From Bacteroidales bacterium (lineage in GTDB: Bacteria > Bacteroidota > Bacteroidia > Bacteroidales > VadinHA17): a DNA stretch of 64,000 bases. Location: contig JBBRXA010000010.1 of NCBI GenBank assembly GCA_038248855.1, positions 1,315 to 65,314 of the forward strand, given 5' to 3'. Positions within the stretch are counted from its first letter, which is position 1; every line of letters starts with the position of its first letter. The translations under genes and the position numbers were made by a program. The notes below the pieces were generated by a model that saw nothing but the letters and a program-made list of their open reading frames with translations, searched no databases and was not told the DNA's origin. Of the stretch, positions 36,179-45,244 are shown in pieces.

Positions 36179-39100
36179 TTACTTTCTTATAAGGAATTCA
36201 AGGGTCTGTTTCATCAGCCTGTTCCTGTCGGTTTCGGATTTAACTGTCTCAAATGGAAAACCCAGCACCAAAGTTCTGTTTTTTCCGCGGTGTATTACGC
36301 CTGCTGAGGTATTATTCTCGGTGTACCTGAAAGCAGTGACCGATGATTTGTCAGCAGGAACAATGGCATCAGTGGCTTCTGCACCGTAAACTTCACCTGT
36401 TTGCTCAGTATTGAATTCCACCGGGCCGCTGAAGAGGGGAGCGGCAATATCAGTTGGGCTTACTGCACCTTTCTTTACAGCGTGCCCCGTCATTGCCCTG
36501 AAATGCAGATAATCGGCTGCAAAAGCCATAACAGATGTATCTGCTGAGATGCGAAGATCTGTTCCCACATAGGATCCTGACATGAAGATTGATATGCCGG
36601 CTTCGGTAATCGCTTTGATTTTACGTGTGAATTCCGGGGTGTATATCTGAAAATCAAGTTTGGTACTGTCATATGCAGCTGCCGTCGTCTTTTCTTCGCC
36701 GAAAATCAGATCTGCGACCTGATACGGAGAGATGTCAAAATCGGGACGGCTGAACACCTCATCACTGACGGAACAGAAAGAGTAACCTGCGGCCATGATG
36801 GCTTTACCGTGAACAGAGGCAAAGTCAAAAGTGTTACCCGGAATTATTTTCCCTTCCATATCAGACCAGGAGGCTCCCCAGCCGGGATTGTCATCATCGA
36901 TCCACGGCAGACTGCGCTCAAAGTCATACTGATCGCCGGTGGTGACAATGTCATAACCGTCTGCCACACCCCGGTCTCTCCACCACGCCACTCCTGCCAT
37001 TCCATTCCTGTCAAACCATTCAGGACCAGAGGTACGGTCAAAACCGTTGACAATCAGCACTCTGGTTTCCTCTCCCCTTTTCAGTCCCACAGCAAGAGTC
37101 TCTGACTCGAAGCTTTCACCCCCGTCATTGAAGGCAGTGACCCTGAAACTGTAAACAGTGTCATAGTGTGGCAGTTCTACTACTGCCGAGGTTTCAGTCA
37201 CGTCAAATCCATTATCGAATCCGTTGTCACCGGTGCGGGTGTAAATCCTGTAACCTGCAGGCTGTGCCGAAGGCTCCAGAGGGTCCTGCACAGGAGCCCA
37301 GCTGATTTTTACACTTCTGCTCTCAAGGGGAATAATTGCCAGGTCAGTGACGGGAAGCGGTTGCACAGTATAGTCTCTGGCCCGGTCAGATGACAGGTAC
37401 CTGAGTATTCCTTTATAGACAGCGCGGCTTACGTGGAATCTGAAACGGGGATCCAGGCCGTAACGCTGGTCTCCCTGGTTCTGATGCGAGAGAAGTTCCA
37501 GCAACATTGCCGGTACGGCGGGGGTCCTGGCTTCCGAGTAGGATCTGTCCCACAGCCCGCGACGGGTCCACTGAGGATTGAACAGCACTTTTACATCCCC
37601 GACTATCTGAGTCTGAATCATGTCAGTAAGATCACGGCTGGCCATCCGGCTGGTGCCGTCAGGAAACTTTCCGCCTCCCGCAGCGGTGGAATAGATGCCA
37701 AGGGTTCCTATTATGGAGTCATCAGGTGTGACCCCGGCATCAGTGTGAAAAGCGAGGGCCAGATCAATGGGAATACCAAGGCCCGATGCCTCCCCTGTGC
37801 CTGCCCCGGGTTCAGCCGGGCCTGCAAGGTAGTTGACCCAGGCACCGCGTGACATATAATCGTCATTATAGTCGTTCCTGTTTTTGTTCGGCGTATAAAC
37901 AAGAGTATCCGGCATTCCCGCATACTGCAGATAATACCTTGCACCCTCCAGGTATCGGGGTTTTCCGCTGAGTTTCCATGTATGGCTGACAGTGTCATTA
38001 TGAGCTTGCAGGGTTTCTGCCGGTGAGGTTGCATTGAGAGACCACTGGTTGGAAATCAGGTCATCAGAAGGGCGGCGCGCCACATTCCCCATGCCTCCCC
38101 CGAACCTCACGGCATCAAGGGCAGTATACCCGTTATCACCTGAAGTGACCGTGACAGCCCCTGTGGATTCGTTTTTGCCGGCGTTAAACTGAAATGTTCC
38201 AAGATAAATCCAGGTGCCTCCCCCGACAGTCTGATTGACGACAAACGAGGTGTTTCCTCCGCTGTGCCTGACGGTGTACCTGACAGCATTACTATTGTCC
38301 GCCGATTGCGGATAGGAAACATATACAGAATAATTTCCTTTTTCCGGAATGTCTGCAATGTAATCTGCAGTACCCTCGCTGAATCTCAGGGAGGTCCCCT
38401 TGCTGAAAGGATTGTCACCTGCAAACAGCGTATCAGTCAGAAGAAATCCCTCACCTGTCGCTTCCTGCTGACCGGAAATGTGTATGACAAATTCCGATTC
38501 ACCCGATGAGCGGTCGTTGTCAACAATAACTTCATTGACCTGTGTGTCTCTTTCCCTTGGCAGTAAGACAGTTGCTCCTGAGTTTTCAAGCATCCTGGTG
38601 AGGTAGGGCAGAACATAGCCCATCACCGATATGTCTTCAACAGTCCCGAACAGTTTTGCCCTCTGCCACTCCCAGCGGTCAAGGGGCTGATCAAAATAAT
38701 AACCATGACTGTGCCAGATCGCCAGGTTGGTTTCAGCCAATCCCGCAGAAGGAATAATACCGTTGATTTTCGTGATGAACACCGGTCTGTCAGCGGATCT
38801 GCGCAACAGCCTGGCGGTGTCGGCCGGAAGGGACTTCCTGTAGTAGTTCGGGATAAGGTCACGGATTAAAAATCCGTTTGTACGGATATTAATGCTGTAA
38901 TTACTGAACTTCCTTCCAAGAGCCTCTCTAAGTGAATTCTCGAAGACAGCAAGGGTTCCTTCCCTGACCGGATTATATGAAAATGCAGCAGGAAACCACA
39001 GGTCAATACTCCCGGCTTTGTCGATACTCAGGGAGTCAGGCCTGATTCTGTCGGGAAAATGCCATTCTGCAACGGGATTGGTCCAGGAATCAAGTTTTGT

Positions 39101-39208
39101 CAATGCTTTTTTTTCGAGCCTTGCCTCTCTCTGTCCTGAAAGACTGGCGCCACTGATCAACATTAAAATGATCACCGCGTATAATAACCTTCCTGATCGG
39201 GTTCTCAT
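36179..39208 (-). CDS. secreted multidomain protein: split MurNAc-L-Ala amidase-like fold, golvesin-C-like insert, FN3 and an unknown C-terminal domain
   Basis: Signal peptide. IWHSHGYY ... ALAFHTDAG ... MLLELLSHQN resembles Amidase_3 metal and catalytic positions. NYSVYVSYPQSADNSNAVRYTVRHSGGNTSFVVNQTVGGGTWIYLGTFQF matches my memory of the golvesin C-terminal-like domain. FN3-like region: SVKISWAP...YSFRVTAFNDGGES. Confidence 0.5.
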   Translation of the reverse strand: MRTRSGRLLYAVIILMLISGASLSGQREARLEKKALTKLDSWTNPVAEWHFPDRIRPDSLSIDKAGSIDLWFPAAFSYNPVREGTLAVFENSLREALGRKFSNYSINIRTNGFLIRDLIPNYYRKSLPADTARLLRRSADRPVFITKINGIIPSAGLAETNLAIWHSHGYYFDQPLDRWEWQRAKLFGTVEDISVMGYVLPYLTRMLENSGATVLLPRERDTQVNEVIVDNDRSSGESEFVIHISGQQEATGEGFLLTDTLFAGDNPFSKGTSLRFSEGTADYIADIPEKGNYSVYVSYPQSADNSNAVRYTVRHSGGNTSFVVNQTVGGGTWIYLGTFQFNAGKNESTGAVTVTSGDNGYTALDAVRFGGGMGNVARRPSDDLISNQWSLNATSPAETLQAHNDTVSHTWKLSGKPRYLEGARYYLQYAGMPDTLVYTPNKNRNDYNDDYMSRGAWVNYLAGPAEPGAGTGEASGLGIPIDLALAFHTDAGVTPDDSIIGTLGIYSTAAGGGKFPDGTSRMASRDLTDMIQTQIVGDVKVLFNPQWTRRGLWDRSYSEARTPAVPAMLLELLSHQNQGDQRYGLDPRFRFHVSRAVYKGILRYLSSDRARDYTVQPLPVTDLAIIPLESRSVKISWAPVQDPLEPSAQPAGYRIYTRTGDNGFDNGFDVTETSAVVELPHYDTVYSFRVTAFNDGGESFESETLAVGLKRGEETRVLIVNGFDRTSGPEWFDRNGMAGVAWWRDRGVADGYDIVTTGDQYDFERSLPWIDDDNPGWGASWSDMEGKIIPGNTFDFASVHGKAIMAAGYSFCSVSDEVFSRPDFDISPYQVADLIFGEEKTTAAAYDSTKLDFQIYTPEFTRKIKAITEAGISIFMSGSYVGTDLRISADTSVMAFAADYLHFRAMTGHAVKKGAVSPTDIAAPLFSGPVEFNTEQTGEVYGAEATDAIVPADKSSVTAFRYTENNTSAGVIHRGKNRTLVLGFPFETVKSETDRNRLMKQTLEFLIRK

Positions 39209-39245
39209 CCTGATATTCGTTTTGCTGAAAGTATGAAATATCTAC

Positions 39246-39253
39246 CAAAAATA
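39246..39253 (-). promoter_or_regulatory. -7 box (TATTTTTG on minus strand)
   Basis: TAnnTTTG match 37 nt upstream of ATG 39208. Candidate promoter of the eight-gene minus-strand operon. Confidence 0.4.
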
Positions 39254-39413
39254 GAAAGTTTTTTAAAATATGTCATACATCTGACAAAAACTGGTTTTGT
39301 ACAGAATAATTATTTATTTTTGTTATTGGTAAAGATTTCCAAATTGGTTCCTTTTTAATATAACAGCTGTTATAATACTAATATCTAACATAGTGCAAGT
39401 TTTATAAACGCTT

Positions 39414-40268
39414 ATGATACTCATAGCCGACAGCGGATCCACAAAGACTGAATGGAGGGAACTGACTGAGGGAACATCCGGGAAGTCATACAGATCAACG
39501 GGACTCAATCCCTTCTTTCTGAAAAGTGACGATATAGTTGCGCTCCTTCAAACAGAAATGTCAGAAGTTGAAGGTGTGCCGGTCAGTCAGATATTTTTTT
39601 ACGGTACGGGGTGCAGCAATCCTGCCAAAATTGAAATAATAAGCATTGCCCTGAAGAAGTTTTTCGGTGACGCCGAACTGTTTGTCGGCAGTGACCTCCT
39701 CGGCGCTGCCAGGTCTCTGTGTCAGAACGAGGCGGGTATAGCCTGCATAATAGGCACAGGATCAAATTCATGCTATTATGACGGCAAAAAGATTGTCTCC
39801 AATGTTTCGCCCCTCGGTTATATCCTCGGTGATGAAGGAGGCGGGGCAGTAATAGGGAGAAAACTGGTCTCCGGGGTTCTCAAAAAACAGCTTCCGGGTA
39901 TTGTAATTGAGAACTTTTTCAGGGCATATCCAATGTCACCGTCAGAAATTCTTGACAGTGTCTACAACATGCCTTTTCCGAACAGGTTTCTGGGCCAGTT
40001 TGCCAGGTTTATCGCAGAGAATATCCATGTCCCTGAATTGGAGGCAATAATCACCTCAAGTTTTGATGAGTTCCTCTTAAGGAATGTGCTCCAGTACCCC
40101 GAGGCAAGAAAATTTCCGGTACATTTTACCGGGAGCATCGCCTGGCATTTCAGGCCTTTCCTTGAAGACCTTTTGATCAGGTACAGGCTACAGCCGGGAA
40201 TATTTTCATTGACCCCTATGGAAAACCTTGTCCGGTACCACCTTCACAATCAGCAGAAAGCATTATGA
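39414..40268 (+). CDS. BadF/BadG/BcrA/BcrD-type sugar kinase (GlcNAc/MurNAc kinase, MurK-like)
   Basis: MILIADSGSTKTEW N-terminus and GTGSNSC motif of the ASKHA BadF-type kinases. 4-nt overlap with murQ. Confidence 0.7.
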   Translation: MILIADSGSTKTEWRELTEGTSGKSYRSTGLNPFFLKSDDIVALLQTEMSEVEGVPVSQIFFYGTGCSNPAKIEIISIALKKFFGDAELFVGSDLLGAARSLCQNEAGIACIIGTGSNSCYYDGKKIVSNVSPLGYILGDEGGGAVIGRKLVSGVLKKQLPGIVIENFFRAYPMSPSEILDSVYNMPFPNRFLGQFARFIAENIHVPELEAIITSSFDEFLLRNVLQYPEARKFPVHFTGSIAWHFRPFLEDLLIRYRLQPGIFSLTPMENLVRYHLHNQQKAL

Positions 40269-41104
40269 GCAGACCTTCCTCATCAAAGCCGGCAATAAGT
40301 ATCACCGAGTCGCCTTCCAACTTTGAAAACCTTGATAATATGTCTGTGCATGAATTGCTGACAAACATAAATCATGAAGATGCCAAGGTGCACCTGGCAG
40401 TCAGGGCTGCTATTCCGCAGATTGAAAATCTTGTTGACCATATACTCAGGAGGATGAATAAGGGCGGCCGTCTTTTTTATCTTGGTGCCGGAACCAGCGG
40501 AAGGCTGGGCGTGCTTGACGCTTCGGAGATACCTCCCACTTTCGGGGTCTACGATAAGGTGATCGGACTCATTGCTGGCGGTGAAGTAGCCCTCCGCAGA
40601 CCCGTTGAATCAGCTGAAGATGACCCTAATAAAGCCTGGAATGAGCTGGAGATCTTCAACATCAACACCAAGGATACAGTGATAGGAATAGCTGCATCCG
40701 GAACCACTCCGTATGTCATCGGGGGAATACAAAACGCGCGCGCGAAAGGCATACTTACCGGATGCATAACCTGCAATCCGGGCAGCGCCATTGTCAAAGT
40801 GACTGAATTCCCCATTGAGGTTGTGGTAGGTCCTGAATTTGTCACCGGCAGTACCAGGCTGAAGGCGGGCACCGCCCAGAAGATGATCCTCAACATGATA
40901 ACCACCACACTCATGATCAAGCTCGGAAGGGTCAAGGGCAACAAGATGGTCAACATGCAGCTCTCAAACAAGAAACTCATCGAACGAGGCACAAGAATGA
41001 TTGTGGAGGAGCTTAATATCCAGAGTGACGCTGCCCGGATACTTCTGCTTCAGAACGGGTCTGTCAAGAAAGCCCTTGAGGTTTACAGGGAAAACTATAA
41101 GTGA
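40265..41104 (+). CDS. murQ: N-acetylmuramic acid 6-phosphate etherase
   Basis: GRLFYLGAGTSGRLGVLDASEIPPTFG, SGTTPYVIGG and STRLKAGTAQK motifs, SIS domain, 279 aa. Confidence 0.93.
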   Translation: MSRPSSSKPAISITESPSNFENLDNMSVHELLTNINHEDAKVHLAVRAAIPQIENLVDHILRRMNKGGRLFYLGAGTSGRLGVLDASEIPPTFGVYDKVIGLIAGGEVALRRPVESAEDDPNKAWNELEIFNINTKDTVIGIAASGTTPYVIGGIQNARAKGILTGCITCNPGSAIVKVTEFPIEVVVGPEFVTGSTRLKAGTAQKMILNMITTTLMIKLGRVKGNKMVNMQLSNKKLIERGTRMIVEELNIQSDAARILLLQNGSVKKALEVYRENYK

Positions 41105-41829
41105 TTATGGAAGACATATTCAGTAAAATCGGTACCGGACTCACCCTGAGCCAGAAGATCGAAAGGAAAATCGAGGAAGCGATAAGGCAGAAAAAGCTTC
41201 TTCCGGGAGCCAAGCTGCCAACAGAAAAGGAACTCTGCGCCCAGTTCGCCGTCAGCCGCACTGCACTGAGGGAAGCCCTGCGGCGTCTGAGTGCCCGCGG
41301 ACTTATTGACATTAAAAAAGGCAGTGGAATGTACATTACCGAGCTGAAGATCGAAGACGCCATCAACTCGCTGCATCTCTTTTACGACCTCAGGTTCAAT
41401 TCCGATCTCATCCTGCAGATCATTGAGGTAAGGCGCCTCTTTGAACCTGAGGTAGCACGACTGGCGGCTCGCAACAGGACCGAAGAGGACATCAAGATCC
41501 TGCAAAAGAACCAGATAGAACTTGAAAAGTGCAACCCTGACAACACCCAGCTCGAGGTTGACCTCATAAACAGGTTTCACATGAACCTTTCCAAATCAAC
41601 AGGGAACCCAATTGTAATTATCAGTCTTGAACCCGTTTACTCACTCCTGCCGCGGATGCGAAACCTCATTTACGGAAACATAGAGGGAGAAAAGGAGTAC
41701 ACCCTCAAATACCAGAAGGAGCTCCTCAGGGCACTGAGGGAAAAAGACAGCCAGAAGGCATACGAGGTATCTGTTGCCCTTCTTGAACGCAACAAGGAGA
41801 TTTATAACAAGTATTTCAAACCCAGCTGA
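41101..41829 (+). CDS. GntR family (FadR/FCD subfamily) transcriptional regulator
   Basis: N-terminal winged HTH (LPTEKELCAQFAVSRTALREALRRLSARGLI) plus a helical FCD-like C-domain. Overlaps the murQ stop by 4 nt. Confidence 0.85.
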   Translation: MIMEDIFSKIGTGLTLSQKIERKIEEAIRQKKLLPGAKLPTEKELCAQFAVSRTALREALRRLSARGLIDIKKGSGMYITELKIEDAINSLHLFYDLRFNSDLILQIIEVRRLFEPEVARLAARNRTEEDIKILQKNQIELEKCNPDNTQLEVDLINRFHMNLSKSTGNPIVIISLEPVYSLLPRMRNLIYGNIEGEKEYTLKYQKELLRALREKDSQKAYEVSVALLERNKEIYNKYFKPS

Positions 41830-41854
41830 CCTTCCGGCAGTCATTAATTCTGCA

Positions 41855-43300
41855 ATGCTGAAAATATATCTTGCAGCTGCATTAATCTCATTCAGCGGGC
41901 TCTGTCTTCAGGCACAGGAACCTGACACATCGCGGGTTGGCATACACCAGACCGAGAGCCAGTATTACTCGCTGATAATTGATAAAGCACTTTTTGACGA
42001 TAAAATTCTAATGGCAGCTCCCTCAGTACTCAAGAGTAAAGCAGTCGTTCCTCTTACACACAAGGTCTACGGATGGCACCCTTACTGGGCTCCAGAATCA
42101 GCCTATCTCTCATATGATTACAGCGCCCTCACCCATATCGCATATTTCAGTTATGAGGTCGATACGGCAACCGGCGGGTACATGACGCTCAGGGGATGGA
42201 ACACCACCCCGGTAATCGACTACGCCCATCAGCGGGGTGTCAAAGTCACACTGACCGTAACCAATTTCGGCGCAGCAAGAAATACTGAATTACTGTCAGA
42301 CACTGTCAAACAGACGTTACTAATAACTACGGTCGTCCAGCAACTTAAGGCGCGTAACGGTGACGGAGTCAATTTCGATTTCGAAACTGTTCCGGCAGCA
42401 CAGAAAGCCAATATGGTTGATTTCTGCAGGCGGGCTGTAAGGATGATAAAGAAAGAGCTCCCTGCCGCGGAGATATCACTTGCGACACCAGCGGTCGACT
42501 GGTCTTCCGCATGGGATTACCACTCACTGGCAGGGATATGCGATTACCTGATCATTATGGGGTACAACTATTACTGGAGCGGATCCGCAACGGCCGGTCC
42601 TGTTGCTCCGCTCACAGGAGAGACTCAGAATGTGACCCGTAGCATTGACACTTATCTCAACGCAGGTGTCCCCCCGGAGAAACTTCTGCTGGGAGTTCCC
42701 TGGTACGGGTACGACTGGCCTGTTGTCAGCAACGAAAGAAAGGCTGCCACAACCGGTACCGGAACGTCACGTATTTACAGGGCAGCTGAAGTGCTTGCTG
42801 AATTGCACGGCAGGGAGTTTGATCAGACCACGGGAGTTCCCAGAGTGAGCTACATGGCAGGTACCGACTGGCGGCAGTTGTGGTACGATGACAGCCTGAG
42901 CCTCTCCCTGAAATATGACCTTGTGAAAACCAAAAGGCTGGCCGGGATCGGCATCTGGGCATTGAGCTATGAGGCTGACAGAAAGGAACTCTGGAGAAGT
43001 ATCAAAGCATCATTCTCTGAAGAGCCACCGGATAACTCCCGGATCCTGGAAATTGTCCCTAACCCCGTTTCAGAAATTTCAGTTATCAGCTTCGCCCTGT
43101 CATCACGGGGCCATGTAAAACTTATGCTTTATGATATAAGCGGCAACCTCAGGGCTATCCTTTTCAATCACGAACTTGAACCTGGCTACTATGATCAGAG
43201 CTTTAATTCTGCAGGCTTCAGCGACGGTATTTACATATGTGTATTGCAAACCCCCTCAGGCAGGTCATCGAAGAAGATAGCAGTAATTAAAAGAGAGTAA
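41855..43300 (+). CDS. GH18 family hydrolase (YaaH/SleL-like) with T9SS C-terminal sorting domain
   Basis: Signal peptide from ATG 41855. Catalytic DGVNFDFE at 42362-42385. The C-terminal ~80 aa (LEIVPNPVSE...IYICVLQT...KKIAVIK) are typical of the type A T9SS CTD. Confidence 0.75.
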   Translation: MLKIYLAAALISFSGLCLQAQEPDTSRVGIHQTESQYYSLIIDKALFDDKILMAAPSVLKSKAVVPLTHKVYGWHPYWAPESAYLSYDYSALTHIAYFSYEVDTATGGYMTLRGWNTTPVIDYAHQRGVKVTLTVTNFGAARNTELLSDTVKQTLLITTVVQQLKARNGDGVNFDFETVPAAQKANMVDFCRRAVRMIKKELPAAEISLATPAVDWSSAWDYHSLAGICDYLIIMGYNYYWSGSATAGPVAPLTGETQNVTRSIDTYLNAGVPPEKLLLGVPWYGYDWPVVSNERKAATTGTGTSRIYRAAEVLAELHGREFDQTTGVPRVSYMAGTDWRQLWYDDSLSLSLKYDLVKTKRLAGIGIWALSYEADRKELWRSIKASFSEEPPDNSRILEIVPNPVSEISVISFALSSRGHVKLMLYDISGNLRAILFNHELEPGYYDQSFNSAGFSDGIYICVLQTPSGRSSKKIAVIKRE

Positions 43301-43324
43301 TGAGTTACAAAAAACATACACTAA

Positions 43325-44575
43325 ATGAAAAAATTTGCTGTGGTTATGCTAATGCTTTCAATTCTCCCGGCATTAAAAGGTCAGATGCAGGAAGCAGTAA
43401 ATAAGATACAGGCTGATTACCAGCTTATGGGACTTTCAGTGGTCACCGTCTGCGGAGACCGTGTAACCGGGTCTTTTCACGCTGGATTAAGGGATTATGA
43501 ACGCAACCTGACGGTTAATGACAGCACCAGATTCAGGATTGCGTCCATATCAAAGCTTGTCATGACTACGGCAATGATGAGGCTGTATGACAGGGGTCTT
43601 TTCAAGCTTGATGATGATGTCAGCCGCTACCTTGGGTTCACACTCAGGAATCCGAATCATCCTCAGATACCGATAACGGTCCGGATGCTGCTCTCACATA
43701 CGGGAAGTCTCAATGAGGGGACAGGTTATGATACCTTCCTCACGGATACTTACAATAATGTCAGTAATCCGCCCGATTTTTCTCAGCTGCTGACTCCCGG
43801 AGGCAAATATTACACTGAAGATATGTGGAGGAAGGAGCTTCCCGGAACATATTTTTCATATTGCAATGCAAACTTCGGACTTGCCGGTACCCTGATTGAA
43901 AAGATAAGCGGACAGAGATTCGACAGGTTCATTGCAGAGAATCTCTTTATTCCCCTTGGTATAACAGGTGCTTACACCGTGGAAGGACTCAGTGATATAA
44001 ACAGTCTTGCGGTAATTTACCGTAACGAAGAAGGGAAATGGACTCCCCAGACAGATAACTTCAGGGGTGAGCTGACTGCACCCCGCGATTTTTCAGGATA
44101 TAAAACCGGTACCAACGCTGCGGTCTTCTCACCCCAGGGAGGGCTCAGGATATCAGCCTCTGAACTGGCAAGGGTAATGATACTGCACCTTAATAAGGGC
44201 ACCTTTGACGGAAAAAGGATTATATCAAAAAAGAGTATTAGGCTTATGCATTCACCGCAATGGAAATACAACGGAAGTAACGGTGATGATGTGGGTCAGT
44301 CTAGGTCCTGGGGACTCAGCATCCATATTCTGACCAACACCCCCTCCGGTGATGTAATCTTTAAGGATTCAAAAATGATGGGGCACACGGGTGATGCCTA
44401 CGGACTGAAATCCGGCTTCTGGTTTGACCCGGTCAACAGGTCAGGATTTATCTTCATGACAAACGGCATTTTCAAACAGCCGCCACCGGGATCCTATTCC
44501 GCTTTTGACAGCTTTCAGGAATCGGTTTATTCAGCAGTCAGGGACAACTCCGGAGTGCCCTGCAAAAAAGAATAG
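43325..44575 (+). CDS. secreted serine hydrolase of the beta-lactamase/DD-peptidase family (AmpH-like)
   Basis: Signal peptide, SxxK (ASISK), Y.N (YCN) and GHTG (KTG-equivalent). Confidence 0.8.
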   Translation: MKKFAVVMLMLSILPALKGQMQEAVNKIQADYQLMGLSVVTVCGDRVTGSFHAGLRDYERNLTVNDSTRFRIASISKLVMTTAMMRLYDRGLFKLDDDVSRYLGFTLRNPNHPQIPITVRMLLSHTGSLNEGTGYDTFLTDTYNNVSNPPDFSQLLTPGGKYYTEDMWRKELPGTYFSYCNANFGLAGTLIEKISGQRFDRFIAENLFIPLGITGAYTVEGLSDINSLAVIYRNEEGKWTPQTDNFRGELTAPRDFSGYKTGTNAAVFSPQGGLRISASELARVMILHLNKGTFDGKRIISKKSIRLMHSPQWKYNGSNGDDVGQSRSWGLSIHILTNTPSGDVIFKDSKMMGHTGDAYGLKSGFWFDPVNRSGFIFMTNGIFKQPPPGSYSAFDSFQESVYSAVRDNSGVPCKKE

Positions 44576-44644
44576 GAATATCTTTTCCAAACAGCTAGTT
44601 TTAGATTTTAATTCGGCTTATTCACTTCTCAACACCCCAAGGAG

Positions 44645-45223
44645 ATGAATATTGAACTGATCACAGCAGTGGCTATAGGTATCGGACTGAGTGCCAGCGC
44701 CGGCTTCAGGGTTTTCATACCCATGCTCGTGGCTGCCATTGCGGCACGTGCCGGCATCCTGCCACTGAATGAGAGCTTCCAATGGCTCTCGTCATGGACC
44801 GCTATAGCCTGTTTCGGTACTGCGACGGTGGTCGAGATACTGGCATACTATATTCCGTTTGTCGATAACCTGCTTGACACAGTGACAACTCCCCTGGCAG
44901 TCGGTGCCGGAACCCTCCTGCTTACATCGGTACTGCCCATTGACAACGATCTGCTTAAATGGATCACCGGGGCGGCCGTGGGAGGCGGCGCCGCGGCCAC
45001 TGTTCAGAGCGGAAGTGCAATCACACGCCTTTTCTCCACAAAGCTGACTGCCGGTATTGGTAATCCTGTAGTTGCAACCGGAGAAAACGTTGCAGCCATT
45101 GGCACTTCGCTGCTTTCACTCGTGATTCCTTTCTTTGTGGTGGCCGGAATTCTGTTATTGATGTTATTCATATTCACCCGGCTACGCATAAGAGCTGTCA
45201 GAGATGATCAGTCCCTGAAGTAG
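44645..45223 (+). CDS. DUF4126-like polytopic membrane protein
   Basis: 192 aa, glycine- and alanine-rich TM segments. Family name from memory. Confidence 0.5.
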   Translation: MNIELITAVAIGIGLSASAGFRVFIPMLVAAIAARAGILPLNESFQWLSSWTAIACFGTATVVEILAYYIPFVDNLLDTVTTPLAVGAGTLLLTSVLPIDNDLLKWITGAAVGGGAAATVQSGSAITRLFSTKLTAGIGNPVVATGENVAAIGTSLLSLVIPFFVVAGILLLMLFIFTRLRIRAVRDDQSLK

Positions 45224-45244
45224 GTCAAAAGGCAAAAAAAGCAT

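Noticed and set aside
12902-44575. Horizontally acquired genomic island or mobile element
   Set aside because: By eye I found no integrase, transposase, tRNA attachment site, flanking direct repeats or obvious compositional break. The promoter boxes and codon style look the same as in the flanks.
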